Shown here: piece by piece, positions 62,743 to 62,813 of the stretch | Layout: each line of letters begins with the position of its first letter | Position numbering within the stretch: position 1 is the first letter of the stretch | Virus record (IMG/VR): IMGVR_UViG_3300025711_000009 | DNA length: 62,813 nucleotides | Strand: one strand, 5' to 3' | From: a virus | The notes under the pieces: model-generated | What the model was told of the DNA's origin: nothing | Databases searched by the model: none | The model's input: only the letters and a program-made list of their open reading frames with translations | Position numbers and translations under genes: made by a program

Positions 62743-62813
62743 TGGCCGCCTCCGCCCAGTCGGGCCACAGCATCATCGACCAGCCGGCAACCCCCGCAGC
62801 GTGCGCCCAGGAT
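62687..62813. repeat. Terminal overlap copy 2 (identical to 1-127)
   Basis: Read directly. Confidence 0.95.

Larger units (their letters stand above)
1..62813. mobile_element. Complete temperate siphovirus-type actinophage/prophage genome, circularly closed assembly (unit 62686 bp)
   Basis: Full set of terminase, portal, capsid, tail tube, G/GT chaperones, tape measure, lysis, integrase, repressor/cro and replication genes. The window ends repeat each other. Confidence 0.9.

Overview
The window is one closed replicon. Nt 1-127 are identical to nt 62687-62813, so the unit length is 62,686 bp, either a circular assembly or a terminally redundant genome. It is a complete, high-G+C temperate siphovirus-type actinophage or prophage. 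A Streptomyces-like host is inferred from very high GC3, frequent GTG starts and the protein families present. About 105 protein genes are supportable, nearly all on the + strand, and many are joined by 1-4 nt start/stop overlaps. Gene order: (1) A plasmid-like block (62195, wrapping through the junction to 7515) holds an HExxH protein, Spd/DUF2637-like membrane proteins and a TraB/FtsK-type dsDNA translocase, followed by a clt-like CCCGGAA repeat array. (2) A surface/glycosylation block holds a lipoprotein SGNH hydrolase, a collagen-like fibre fused to a second SGNH domain, a GT-A glycosyltransferase, a SAM methyltransferase and an NAD epimerase. (3) The virion block runs from an HNH endonuclease and a GATC-dense cos/pac-like region through TerS, TerL, portal, MuF-like protein, scaffold, HK97-fold capsid, a GT-B glycosyltransferase and connectors. 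It continues past an antisense PH-like moron to the tail tube, G/GT frameshift chaperones, tape measure and four tail-tip proteins. (4) Lysis: amidase endolysin plus holin-like membrane proteins. (5) An accessory island with a small serine recombinase, a degenerate tyrosine recombinase, XRE regulators and small morons. (6) A tyrosine integrase and a CI-like/Cro/Xis switch with 10-bp-phased CCGCTA operators. (7) An early/replication block with DnaN clamp, HNH, RecT, initiator, DnaC-like loader, DnaB, an orphan DNA methyltransferase and a LuxR-type regulator. (8) A minus-strand operon of XRE-Nudix / Nudix / GIY-YIG-GntR, plus an RHH gene with GTGGCTAC operators. I found no rRNA, tRNA or CRISPR array. 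The best novelty candidates are the phage-borne TraB + clt conjugation-type module and the Nudix/GIY-YIG operon. All functional calls come from motif recognition by eye; no database search was run.
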